NCBI GenBank assembly: GCA_964435075.1
Contig: CAYSXT010000002.1
Location: forward strand, 1 to 42,340
From: an uncultured Candidatus Saccharibacteria bacterium
Lineage (GTDB): Bacteria; Patescibacteriota; JAUYIX01
Reading direction: 5' to 3'
DNA length: 42,340 nt
Made by a program: the position numbers and the translations under genes. The notes under the pieces are model-generated. The model worked only from the letters and a program-made list of their open reading frames with translations, was not told the origin of the DNA and made no database searches. Below are positions 9,491 through 19,217 of this stretch, one piece after another. Each line of letters begins with the position of its first letter. The first letter of the stretch is position 1.

Positions 9491-10803
9491 GCATCTTAAG
9501 ATCTGGTTTTAGTGTCTTTTTAACGCGGGTCTGGGGAGCAATCGTAGGCATTGGTGTCTCCATAATAATCGCTAGAACATTAGGCCCTGAGGGAAAAGGA
9601 ATTTACTCGCTCTTATTATTAGTTCCAACGCTATTGGTTACTTTTGGAAATGCAGGAATTCAAATTGCCAACGTTTATTATCATGGAAAAAAGGGGGCCG
9701 CTATTTCTCATCTGGCATCAAACTCGATTTGGGCCTCATTAGTCTTTGGCTTACTCATGTTCGGTCTTTTTACCGTCAGCTATCCGTTTATTGCCGATAG
9801 ATTTTTTGCGGATGTGCCGACGAGTTACATGTTGACCGTTGTTGGTCTCGTGCCCTTTATGCTTATTAACGCCTATTTTGCCAACCTGCTATTAGCAATA
9901 AAAAAAATTAAGCTGCACAATATCGCAGTCACTATTCAGTTAACGACCTTACTCCTGGCGGTCGTCATTATGTTGCTAGTTTACAATGCCGGACTTGCAG
10001 CCCTGGTGACTGCTATCACCCTCAATATTACGACCGGGGCAATATTGATGGTTGCTTTTCTAAAGAGACATAACCGTTTTGGCTTTAAGTACCATAAAAA
10101 CTTATTCAAGGATACCCTCAAGTACGGTCTTAAAGGGTACTTTGCAAATGTAATTCAGTTTCTTAACTATCGACTCGACTTATTGCTTGTCAGTTATTTC
10201 CTTGGCACAATCTCAGTAGGCTGGTACTCGATTGCTGTAAATTTTGCTGAAGTTTTATGGTACGTCCCAACTTCGCTGGGGACCATCTTATTCCCGCACA
10301 TTGCAAACAGCAGTGAGGAACAAGCAAACATTATTACCAGTAGGCTGAGCAGACAAACCCTCTTATTAATGACAATCGCTTCACTGGGTGTGGGAGTTTT
10401 GTCTCCTTGGTTAATTCCTTTTTTGTTTGGTCCAGAGTTCAGCCCATCCATATCGGCACTATTAGTCTTGTTGCCCGGAGTATTAATATTCTCAGTCGCA
10501 AAAATTATTGGTAACGATTTTTCAGGAAGAGGTAAAGTAGGAACAAATGGCGTAGTCAGCGCAATCGCCTTAGCAATTAATATCACCCTTAACATAATCT
10601 TGATTCCGCGGATGGGCATACAAGGCGCTGCTTTATCCTCAACAATTTCATATTCGTTCGCAACATTTCTATTAATATATTTGTTCTCTAAATACACCCA
10701 TACCAAGTGGACCAGAATACTTATTCCAAGTAGGGCTGACATTAAGAATCTATTGGCAAACGTCAAAAAATCAAAAACAACACCCCCGCAACCCCATGAC
10801 TAA
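9487..10803 (+). CDS. wzx: Wzx-type polysaccharide flippase (MOP superfamily)
   Basis: The protein is polytopic and hydrophobic with many predicted TM helices, typical of the 'polysaccharide biosynthesis protein' family. The start is set at ATG 9487 (MSILRSGF...), forming an ATGA overlap with the upstream stop. The track start at 9436 lies inside the upstream gene. Confidence 0.75.
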   Translation: MSILRSGFSVFLTRVWGAIVGIGVSIIIARTLGPEGKGIYSLLLLVPTLLVTFGNAGIQIANVYYHGKKGAAISHLASNSIWASLVFGLLMFGLFTVSYPFIADRFFADVPTSYMLTVVGLVPFMLINAYFANLLLAIKKIKLHNIAVTIQLTTLLLAVVIMLLVYNAGLAALVTAITLNITTGAILMVAFLKRHNRFGFKYHKNLFKDTLKYGLKGYFANVIQFLNYRLDLLLVSYFLGTISVGWYSIAVNFAEVLWYVPTSLGTILFPHIANSSEEQANIITSRLSRQTLLLMTIASLGVGVLSPWLIPFLFGPEFSPSISALLVLLPGVLIFSVAKIIGNDFSGRGKVGTNGVVSAIALAINITLNIILIPRMGIQGAALSSTISYSFATFLLIYLFSKYTHTKWTRILIPSRADIKNLLANVKKSKTTPPQPHD

Positions 10804-11971
10804 AGATATAAGTAAAAAAATAAAAGTGGTTATGACCGTTTCGAATGATTTTACGACAGACTATCGCGTATATCGTGAGGCTACGGCCTTGATCGGAGCC
10901 GGATACGACGTAACTATATTTTGTGTTCACTTAAAGGGCCTAGCCAGGGAAGAAGAGATCGATGGCATCCAGGTAAGAAGAATATTAGATAATTATTTAC
11001 GCTTACCATTCACAATAGGTGCGAGAAAAGTTCGAAAAGTCTGGCTAAAAGCCTTGCGCGATGCTAAGGGAGATATTTATCACGCCCATGATCGAGATAC
11101 GGTCGACTATAGCGTTAAGGTAGCCGGCGAGCGAGGAGTACCTGTTATTTATGATTCGCACGAATACTGGCCAGATAAAAATCAGTACGAGAATAATACC
11201 GGCAGTCTCCGAGATCGTGTATCAGGCCTGTGGTGGAACGCCAAAGAAAAACGGGGAGCAATAAAAGCTAACGCCATGATAATGACCAGTCCTGGTCACG
11301 CAAAAAAAATATCTGAAGATTTTAAAATTCCTATGCCAACCTTGGTGCGCAATATACCCATTTTTCAAAGAGGTCAGGATAAAGATTATCTCAAGCGCAA
11401 GTTTAAGCTTAATGATCAGGCCAAAATAGTTGTTTATGTTGGTAACATCCAGAAAAACCGCGGTATTGAAGAGATGATGATGGCCCTACGTCACTTACCT
11501 AAGAACATACATTTTGTAGTTTTGGGCTATGGCCAGTATCGGGAGACGCTGATGAAAAACACACCCACAGAATTAAAGAGTCGAGTACATTTTCATGAAC
11601 CAACTCACTTTTTGAAAATTGTTCCTATCATGTATTCGGCTGACATGGGTGTGGCGCCTTTTCAGGCCTCTTGTTTTAGTCATTATCATGTTCTTCCTAA
11701 TAAACCCTTTGATTATTTAATGGCCGAGCTTCCGATAGCGACCAGTAATTTTCCGGATATGAAAAAGATTGTTGAAGAAAATAAAGTAGGCACCACTTTT
11801 GAGCCTAAGGATCCGAAATCAATTGCAAAAGCCGTAATGGAAGTCTTAGGGGACGACGCTAGATACTCTGCCTATCAGAAAAATGCCTCAAAAGCCTCGC
11901 AGTTCAAGTTTCGCTGGGACAAAGAAAAGGAGAATTTAATTAGTTTATATTCTCGCCTTTTAGGCCACTAA
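10796..11971 (+). CDS. Glycosyltransferase, GT4/GT1-like
   Basis: It has a GT-B-like N-terminus (KVVMTVSNDFTTDYRVYREATAL), a C-terminal nucleotide-sugar binding region, and an 8-nt overlap with wzx. Confidence 0.7.
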   Translation: MTKDISKKIKVVMTVSNDFTTDYRVYREATALIGAGYDVTIFCVHLKGLAREEEIDGIQVRRILDNYLRLPFTIGARKVRKVWLKALRDAKGDIYHAHDRDTVDYSVKVAGERGVPVIYDSHEYWPDKNQYENNTGSLRDRVSGLWWNAKEKRGAIKANAMIMTSPGHAKKISEDFKIPMPTLVRNIPIFQRGQDKDYLKRKFKLNDQAKIVVYVGNIQKNRGIEEMMMALRHLPKNIHFVVLGYGQYRETLMKNTPTELKSRVHFHEPTHFLKIVPIMYSADMGVAPFQASCFSHYHVLPNKPFDYLMAELPIATSNFPDMKKIVEENKVGTTFEPKDPKSIAKAVMEVLGDDARYSAYQKNASKASQFKFRWDKEKENLISLYSRLLGH

Positions 11972-11978
11972 GCCAAAG

Positions 11979-13193
11979 ATGAACAAAAAATTATTAATGG
12001 TGGCGTATTTATACCCGCCCCATGGAGGAGGAGGGACTCAACGAACTGTTAAGTTTGCCAAGTATTTACCTACCTTTAATATTGAGCCAATAATTTTGAC
12101 TTCCGCGAGCCAGCGTAAACGCCACCAAGATAATAGTTATGACTCTGCTAACCAACACAAAGTTATTAGAGCTGAGTCGATCTCACTTAATGATCGGTTC
12201 GCCCGGTTGATAGAGCCTTTTATTTCACCTGACATTCAAAAACTTTGGGTTAATTCCGCGATAAAAAAAGGGTTGGTTGCAGGGGTACGCAACCAGGTAG
12301 ACGCGGTTTATTCAACATCAATGCCGTATTCAAACCACATAGTAGCCCTGACAATCGCAAATAAATTAAACATTCCTTGGATTGCAGATTTTCGCGACCT
12401 ATGGACGAGCAATGCCTTGTACAAAGCACGGGCACCATGGCTAAAACATTTACACAAAAAATTAGAACTTAAATTGTATAAACGCGCTGACCATATTTGC
12501 TGCGCTAGTCCTACACATCGCCAGGTCCTAATTGATAATTTTGGCATAAGTCCACAGAAAATTACTACTATAACGAATGGATTTGATCAGGACGACTTTA
12601 AGAATATTAAACCAGCGGAGTCACAACCAAAAAAGATAACAATGTCATATTTTGGTTCTTTTTACGGAAAATATCGACCGGACGACTTTGTTGCTGCCAT
12701 TAAACTTTTAAAAGAAGACAACAACCCACTAATAAATAAATTACAAATTTCATTTGTTGGTGATATGGACAGGAGGTCACGTGCTCTTTTACAGGATCCG
12801 GATATAGCAGACCTAGTTAGCTATCAAGGCTATGTACCGCACGCTGAATTGGAAAAGACACGTCTCCAGTCAGATGCCTTTTTTCTTTATTTGCCTGATC
12901 TGCCAGAACCAATCGGAGCCTCAATCCCACAAAAAGTTTTTGAATATCTAGCCGGTCAACGACCAATATTTGCCGTCTTACCCAAGAGTGACGCCGCCGA
13001 TATTTTAAATAAGTATAAGCGTTCAATTATTGTCGAGCCTGGTAACCCCGAAATAATTGCCCGAGCCTTAAATAGATTTATTTCTGAGGTTCTGACTGGT
13101 AAGCTAAGAAGCTCCTCTGAAAACCTAAGTGCTTATGATCGTAGGGTTCTGACTGGTAAATTAGCGGAAGTCATAAATAAAAAAGTCCAATGA
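11979..13193 (+). CDS. Glycosyltransferase, GT4/GT1-like
   Basis: The N-terminus is LLMVAYLYPPHGGGGTQRTVKFAKYL and the C-terminus is IPQKVFEYLAGQRPIFAV, both typical of group-1 glycosyltransferases. Confidence 0.7.
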   Translation: MNKKLLMVAYLYPPHGGGGTQRTVKFAKYLPTFNIEPIILTSASQRKRHQDNSYDSANQHKVIRAESISLNDRFARLIEPFISPDIQKLWVNSAIKKGLVAGVRNQVDAVYSTSMPYSNHIVALTIANKLNIPWIADFRDLWTSNALYKARAPWLKHLHKKLELKLYKRADHICCASPTHRQVLIDNFGISPQKITTITNGFDQDDFKNIKPAESQPKKITMSYFGSFYGKYRPDDFVAAIKLLKEDNNPLINKLQISFVGDMDRRSRALLQDPDIADLVSYQGYVPHAELEKTRLQSDAFFLYLPDLPEPIGASIPQKVFEYLAGQRPIFAVLPKSDAADILNKYKRSIIVEPGNPEIIARALNRFISEVLTGKLRSSSENLSAYDRRVLTGKLAEVINKKVQ

Positions 13194-14335
13194 GACAGCT
13201 TAAAGACAAAACCATAATCTTTATTGCCACTGTTCCTTGGTCTTACAACTGGCAAAGACAACACGAGTGGACCTCGCGCTTAGCAGAAAATAATAAAATA
13301 GTTTTTGTTCAACCCTTTGGTATGAACAATATCGGCCCTTTTAAGTTCATCAAAAAACTCTTGGAACGCACCGAGAAGGGGACCTATAAACACAAGCTCA
13401 ACCCAAAAGCCCAACAGAATATTACCTTTGTCACACCAAAATTTATTCCTTGGCATGACGTCAATCTAATTAATAGATTGAATGGCTGGTTATTTGCTCG
13501 CCAAATTCGTAAGCAGACTCACACGCCGGATAGCGAGTTAATTTTTTGGATCTGTAACCCGGCAGATACTATTTTATATTTACTGGATCGATTTTCTAAG
13601 CCCGTTGTGCTTTATGACATAGCCATGCGCTTTCTAAAAAGGGCCGATTGTCCTCAATATCTAAAGAAATCTCAAGATGCTTTAGCTGTCCGGGCTGATT
13701 TTATTATTACTGACTCGACGGCCTCGAGACTTGATTTACCAACTGTAGTTAGAAATAAGACTCATTATGTTCCACAAGGAGTAAACGAACGTTTGCTCAA
13801 AAAACAGAACCCGTCTCAGATACTCACTAACATTAAAGGTAAAAAAATTATCTATCTAGGTGCTGAGCATGACGCTATTGATTTCAATATATTTGCTGAA
13901 ATTCTCAAATGTATACCAGAGGCACAAATAATATTTACTTTTAATAAGCCAGAGAATAAGAGTATGAACCCCAGAATGCACTATGTTGGACGAATAGAAT
14001 TTCAAGATGTGCCTAGACTTTTAGGAGAGGCTGATGTGGGTGTTATCCCATATAAAATAAATGAGTTTACTAAAGGTGTGTTTCCTACCAAGACGTTTGA
14101 ATATTTAGCCGCTGGTTTACCCGTGGTGTCCACTTCACTGCCAGAGCTTATACAATACAAAGATAAAATCCAACTTGCTGATACGCCACATGAATTTGCA
14201 AAGATGGTAAAAAGAGTTTCTGTCCTAAAAAAGTCTGGTCCGGATTTTGAGTTTCTTCAGGAACAAACTTGGGCAACCCGCCTAGAAAAAATATATGCTG
14301 AGTTTGGGCGGGTTATAAACAAAAAAACCGCATGA
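13190..14335 (+). CDS. Glycosyltransferase, GT1 family (TuaH-like)
   Basis: The C-terminal motif is GVIPYKINEFTKGVFPTKTFEYLAAGLPVVST. It has an ATGA overlap with the upstream gene. Confidence 0.65.
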   Translation: MRQLKDKTIIFIATVPWSYNWQRQHEWTSRLAENNKIVFVQPFGMNNIGPFKFIKKLLERTEKGTYKHKLNPKAQQNITFVTPKFIPWHDVNLINRLNGWLFARQIRKQTHTPDSELIFWICNPADTILYLLDRFSKPVVLYDIAMRFLKRADCPQYLKKSQDALAVRADFIITDSTASRLDLPTVVRNKTHYVPQGVNERLLKKQNPSQILTNIKGKKIIYLGAEHDAIDFNIFAEILKCIPEAQIIFTFNKPENKSMNPRMHYVGRIEFQDVPRLLGEADVGVIPYKINEFTKGVFPTKTFEYLAAGLPVVSTSLPELIQYKDKIQLADTPHEFAKMVKRVSVLKKSGPDFEFLQEQTWATRLEKIYAEFGRVINKKTA

Positions 14336-15828
14336 AAAATACTTTAGCCATAAGTAAAATTCTATTCATAATCCTGTTGACAACAGTGATTGAATTTATG
14401 GTTCCTGACTGGGCTCCATTTATTATTGTTCCTCTAGTTTTGTTACTCACATTCAATTTGTGGAGAGAAAAACAATTACATTGGTTGTACATCTTTAGTC
14501 TAGTCCTGGTAATTTTTCCAGAACTGCAGGTACAGTTCATTGGCCCCTTAGAAATCCATCATGCCTTCTTATTGATATTAGCTCTTCAAGTGGGCATAAA
14601 CTGGCTAAGAGCCAAGAATAAAACGCTAGACCTGCTAACCATTTTAATATTGTTATTCATTGGCTTTAGTCTTTTTCTAACCTGGTTAAACAGCGCCGAG
14701 ATTGATAACTGGCATCGTGTCTTTACTCTGCTCTTTATGTTTTTAATTACCTTACTTGCCCCCTATGTAGTGCAGCGACTAAGGACTTTAAAGCAGCTGG
14801 GAGCAACTTTGTTGTGGTCGACCATAGTTACGGCACTCATAGGAGTCGCGGCACTTTATACTGCTGTACTGACTGAATCATACTTCTCTAGTCCATTTCT
14901 ACACATAAGTATTGTTGAGGGAGTCCCGCGTCTTGCCGGAACATTACTAGACTCTAATTTTCTAGGACTGCTACTAATAAATGTTATACCAATTGCCATA
15001 GCTCTCACTTTTTCAAAAATATTTTCTAGCAGAACTAAATTATTCTTAATGGGCAGCTCGCTGTTTTTACTCGGAGTTCTATTCCTAACCTATTCTAGAT
15101 CAGCCTATATAGGAATAGCTGTTGCTCTTGTTCTATTATTGTTCAATCTCAAACTTCCAGCTCTAAAAATTAGATGCAAAAAGATTGCCTTAATAGTGCT
15201 AGGCGGATTACTGTTTGCCGTTTTGATGTATCCACCGTTTATCTTTTTTTCTATCTACCGGACACCGACCGTCGTTTTACCTGTCGCAGTCAAGCAGAAC
15301 TTACTCACAAATTTTAACGCCACCAAAATTGTTGACGACTACAGAGCTAAAATTGCTGATGATCCCACTCTAAGCGAGGCAGAGCGAGATAATTTATTGG
15401 CCCGCGACGTTTCATCAGACTCACTTGGCTATCGCTTATCTTTTTGGCGGGCAGGCTTACAAATGTTTAAAGACAAACCAATAACCGGACACGGTGTTGG
15501 TCAATTTAGGTTTAATTATGCCAACTACTCAAGTTCTAAGTTTTTAGTGGAACCCGATGCTCACAATATTTATATCGAGCTATTGGCCGAGGTTGGTATT
15601 GTTGGCTTTTTACTCTTTATAGCAATTATTGTTATAGCCTTTAGAAATCTTAAAAGAACATTGCACAGCTCAAATCAGTTAGTTGCTCTTTTTGCTGCCG
15701 GCTTAATAGCAGCACTTGGGGGCTTACTGGTTCAATCTGCATTATTGGGAGGTCTAGGCGCAATCTCTATTTATCTGATATTAGGTTTAGCTATTGCCCT
15801 ACCAAATATTAGTAGATCCGAAAAATGA
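14332..15828 (+). CDS. O-antigen ligase/polymerase-like (Wzy_C family) membrane protein
   Basis: It has about 10-12 TM helices, the Wzy_C-type segment LTYSRSAYIGIAVAL, and a large external loop followed by ITGHGVGQFRF. Confidence 0.7.
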   Translation: MKNTLAISKILFIILLTTVIEFMVPDWAPFIIVPLVLLLTFNLWREKQLHWLYIFSLVLVIFPELQVQFIGPLEIHHAFLLILALQVGINWLRAKNKTLDLLTILILLFIGFSLFLTWLNSAEIDNWHRVFTLLFMFLITLLAPYVVQRLRTLKQLGATLLWSTIVTALIGVAALYTAVLTESYFSSPFLHISIVEGVPRLAGTLLDSNFLGLLLINVIPIAIALTFSKIFSSRTKLFLMGSSLFLLGVLFLTYSRSAYIGIAVALVLLLFNLKLPALKIRCKKIALIVLGGLLFAVLMYPPFIFFSIYRTPTVVLPVAVKQNLLTNFNATKIVDDYRAKIADDPTLSEAERDNLLARDVSSDSLGYRLSFWRAGLQMFKDKPITGHGVGQFRFNYANYSSSKFLVEPDAHNIYIELLAEVGIVGFLLFIAIIVIAFRNLKRTLHSSNQLVALFAAGLIAALGGLLVQSALLGGLGAISIYLILGLAIALPNISRSEK

Positions 15829-16958
15829 CAAAAATACTCTACATTACAACAACTATCAAGGATGAAGGCCCTGGCAATTTACTAGGAAGTCTACTGGAGA
15901 ACATAGATCGTACTAAATACCAACCGCAGGTATTAACTATTCAGGGAACCGGTAAATGGGAAAAGCGTTTTAAGGAGCTGAACATTCCTGTAACTAATCT
16001 AGGCCTACGCACACCTGCAGATTTTTTATCATTACCATTTTTGTATTACCACATCCGAAAAATTAAACCTGATTTTATTCATACTCAACTGCTAACTGCT
16101 GATCTATTTGGAAGATTGGCAGCCCGCTTAGCACGCGTGCCTTACGTAACCACCATACATAATATGGATGACTGGAAACGCTCAGCTAAACCACTCTCTC
16201 TTGCAGCAAAAACTATGGACGCCTACCAGCTAAAAAAAGCCCTGGAAGTAATAGCTGTTTCTCAAGCAGTAAAACAAGATACTATAGAACGCCAAGACGT
16301 TGATGGTAATAAAATAAAAGTCATTAAAAACGCAATTGATATAGAAAGATTCCAACAAAAATTATCGGACATGCAAAAGTGTAAACTCAAAAATAATCTT
16401 GGCATACCAGAACAAGCCTTAGTTGTCGGTACGTCAGCACGACTCAGCATACAAAAGGCACCTGAAGTTTGGTTAGCTACGGCCAAGAATATTATTAAAA
16501 AACACCCTGAGGTGCACTTTGTTTGGGCAGGTACTGGCCCATTATATAATAAAATTCAAGAACTCATTAAAATTAACTGTCTCGAGAAACAGGTACATCT
16601 GCTCGGTTGGAGAAAAGATCTGCCAGATTTAATGCAAATTTTTGACATCTACACCTTAGTGTCACGGTGGGAGGGATTGCCACTTGCACTTTTGGAAGCC
16701 ATGAGTGCAGGTCGCTCTTGCATAGCAAGCAATGTATCAGGCAATCCAGAAGTAATTAAAAATAATGAGACTGGACTTCTGGTCCCAGCTGATGATATAG
16801 CTGCGTTTGTAAATGCTGTTGAATTATTGCTAAATGATCAACAATTAAGAGATAAACTTGGTAAAAAAGCAATATCTTTTGTTAAAGATAATTTTCAGCT
16901 AAATAGAATGATTTCTGAATATGACTCAGCCTACCAAGGCGTAATTAAAAATTTATGA
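15825..16958 (+). CDS. Glycosyltransferase family 4
   Basis: It has the EX7E motif in RWEGLPLALLEAMSAGRSCIASNVSGNPEV. Confidence 0.85.
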   Translation: MTKILYITTTIKDEGPGNLLGSLLENIDRTKYQPQVLTIQGTGKWEKRFKELNIPVTNLGLRTPADFLSLPFLYYHIRKIKPDFIHTQLLTADLFGRLAARLARVPYVTTIHNMDDWKRSAKPLSLAAKTMDAYQLKKALEVIAVSQAVKQDTIERQDVDGNKIKVIKNAIDIERFQQKLSDMQKCKLKNNLGIPEQALVVGTSARLSIQKAPEVWLATAKNIIKKHPEVHFVWAGTGPLYNKIQELIKINCLEKQVHLLGWRKDLPDLMQIFDIYTLVSRWEGLPLALLEAMSAGRSCIASNVSGNPEVIKNNETGLLVPADDIAAFVNAVELLLNDQQLRDKLGKKAISFVKDNFQLNRMISEYDSAYQGVIKNL

Positions 16959-17779
16959 AATTATCGATAGTCATAGTTAATTACAAAACGCCACTCCTGC
17001 TGATGCAATGTTTGGCCTCACTAAAAAAAGAAGCACCGGAGGTGACTGATATCATCGTAGTTGATAATGCATCCAATGATGAAACCATACCGTTACTTCA
17101 AAGCAAGCATCCCGATATTAAAAGAATTGCCTCAAAAACCAATGTTGGTTTTGGTAGAGGAGTAAATTGGGGAATCACTAATGCAAAGCATGAATTCGTT
17201 ATGATCTTAAATCCCGATGTGATTGTTTCTCCAAACTCATTGCAATTTTTATTAAAACAAATACGAGCTGACAAAAATATTGGAATGATTGCGCCAAAAC
17301 TTTTATTACCCAATGGCGAAATACAATACTCTTGTTGTCGTTTTCAATCGCCTGACGTGATCGTTTATCGACGTAGTGTGCTCGGCAAGACTACACTTGG
17401 TCAAAGACGCATTAATCATTTTCTTATGAAAGACTATGACCATAAGGAACCGCGGGATGTCGACTGGGTTATCGGTGGTTGCATGCTAATCAGGCGTAAA
17501 GCAGCTGAGGAGGTAGGACTTATGGATGATCGATTCTTTTTATATTTTGAAGATATGGACTGGTGCCGACGTCTATGGCAAGCAGGCTGGCGAGTTAGAT
17601 ATGAACCACGAGCAATAATGACCCACTATTATCGTCGCCAATCTAACAGCCAACCCGGTGTTAAAGGCCTTTTAACCCCTCTAGGAAGGGCTCATTTCAT
17701 CTCTGGTACAAAATACTTTATCAAGCACATAGGCAATTCAAAGAGGCTTAAAAACGGTCAAAAACACCTGATTAAATAA
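16955..17779 (+). CDS. Glycosyltransferase family 2 (rhamnosyltransferase-like)
   Basis: It has the motifs LSIVIVNYKT, VVDNASNDET, ILNPDV and FFLYFEDMDWCRR. Confidence 0.85.
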   Translation: MKLSIVIVNYKTPLLLMQCLASLKKEAPEVTDIIVVDNASNDETIPLLQSKHPDIKRIASKTNVGFGRGVNWGITNAKHEFVMILNPDVIVSPNSLQFLLKQIRADKNIGMIAPKLLLPNGEIQYSCCRFQSPDVIVYRRSVLGKTTLGQRRINHFLMKDYDHKEPRDVDWVIGGCMLIRRKAAEEVGLMDDRFFLYFEDMDWCRRLWQAGWRVRYEPRAIMTHYYRRQSNSQPGVKGLLTPLGRAHFISGTKYFIKHIGNSKRLKNGQKHLIK

Positions 17780-17842
17780 AACTTAGCAATAAACACCACT
17801 TGACATACAGCCATTATTATGGCAGTTTAAATTGTTTTTAAT

Positions 17843-19207
17843 ATGGCAAATAAACCCTCAACACCTAATCGAGCATTACTATGGACAGGATTAATTGCTT
17901 CGAGCATTGCTGTTATTTTAGGTTTTACCTGGTTTTTCCTAGCCTATAATTCACCAGAAGAAGATAACGCACAAATCTCAACACTCTCAACTCTCAATCA
18001 CGTAGCTCAACTTTCAAAAATATTTACGGGTGAAAAAGAGATATCTACATTAATTTTGTGGCAGAACGATACCGAGTTACGAGCAGGGGGAGGATTTATC
18101 ACTGCCGTTGGCACAGCAACGATTAGTAATGGACATATTAATAATCTCGAAATTCAACCCGGGCGGTTTTATGGTATTGAGCCTGACTTGCAGGTTCCAG
18201 TGCCAGAGCCAATAGATAGATTTATAACGTCTGATTTTTTGACACTAAGGGATGCAAATCTCAGTCCTGATTTCCCAACATCGGCAACAAATGTTTTACG
18301 TTTTTATGAAAACGCCACAAATCTAAAGCCACAACTAGTCATAGCCGTTAACACTAGTGTCAATGAGAAACTAGTAGAAAAAGTTGGCCCAATTACTTTT
18401 ACAGTCAATGGCCACACTCTTACTTTAGACGCGAGCAATGTCACTGAAGAACTAGAAAGACTAACCGACTTGGACTTTGCGGAACTTGGACTGACTGAAG
18501 AGAACCGTAAAATAATTTTGACAGAATATGCAACTGCCTTTTTGCCAAAGGTTCAAGCCCTGATAAAAGAGGAGCCCCTGCAAACTTTAAGCTTGGCTCA
18601 GCAGCTACTAAAGAACTATGACTTACAATTATGGTCTACAGATCCTGAGATACAAAAGCATCTTACCGCATTACATACCTCGCAAATTGTTGATGAGCTA
18701 ACTACTGATGGATTATTAATCGTGGACACAAACTTGGCATCAAGAAAAACTGATCCTTTCATCAAACAAGGCGCTCAGTACCAAGTGGACCTTGAGAGTA
18801 AGGAGGCGACTCTAACTCTCACTTATAAGAACACTGCTGTTGAAGGACCACTTACAACAACCTATAACGATTATGTTTCCCTTTATACGCCTCTCAATAC
18901 TCAACTAATTTCTACAGAAGGGCTAACAGACGTTAAGGAAGCCAACTTAAATTCAAGATCTGTTTTTTCTGGACTCTTCTCTGTTGAGCCTGGGAAGAGC
19001 CAAACCATTACCTTTAAATATCAGTTACCAGATTATTTTTATAGTCAAGCTGCTGATACGTTTGAACTTGTGTATGAACGCCAATCTGGCGCCAGATTAT
19101 TTCCCATAAATTACATAATCTATGTGGATGATTCTGAAAGCAATATTAAGTTTGACTCAGGTCGTGATCAAACAATTACCATTGATAACCCGAGCATAGT
19201 ACGATAG
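17843..19207 (+). CDS. DUF4012-like membrane-anchored extracytoplasmic protein of unknown function
   Basis: It has an N-terminal TM helix and LWQNDTELRAGGGFITAVG, which resembles the NNAE-R-GG signature I recall for DUF4012. This is a recalled family assignment, not a search result. Confidence 0.5.
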   Translation: MANKPSTPNRALLWTGLIASSIAVILGFTWFFLAYNSPEEDNAQISTLSTLNHVAQLSKIFTGEKEISTLILWQNDTELRAGGGFITAVGTATISNGHINNLEIQPGRFYGIEPDLQVPVPEPIDRFITSDFLTLRDANLSPDFPTSATNVLRFYENATNLKPQLVIAVNTSVNEKLVEKVGPITFTVNGHTLTLDASNVTEELERLTDLDFAELGLTEENRKIILTEYATAFLPKVQALIKEEPLQTLSLAQQLLKNYDLQLWSTDPEIQKHLTALHTSQIVDELTTDGLLIVDTNLASRKTDPFIKQGAQYQVDLESKEATLTLTYKNTAVEGPLTTTYNDYVSLYTPLNTQLISTEGLTDVKEANLNSRSVFSGLFSVEPGKSQTITFKYQLPDYFYSQAADTFELVYERQSGARLFPINYIIYVDDSESNIKFDSGRDQTITIDNPSIVR

Positions 19208-19217
19208 TCTAGTTCTC

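Noticed and set aside
10194-10766. Long antisense ORFs. These are 190 aa opposite wzx, 28969-29541 opposite atpB, 1291-1773 and 2698-2901 opposite the hydrolase, 5709-6161 opposite the protease, 21908-22231 opposite the methyltransferase, 35555-35875 opposite gltX, and 38762-39136 opposite priA.
   Set aside because: Each lies entirely inside a gene with strong family motifs on the other strand. None has a recognisable motif, and their composition is typical of shadow frames. They are treated as non-coding.
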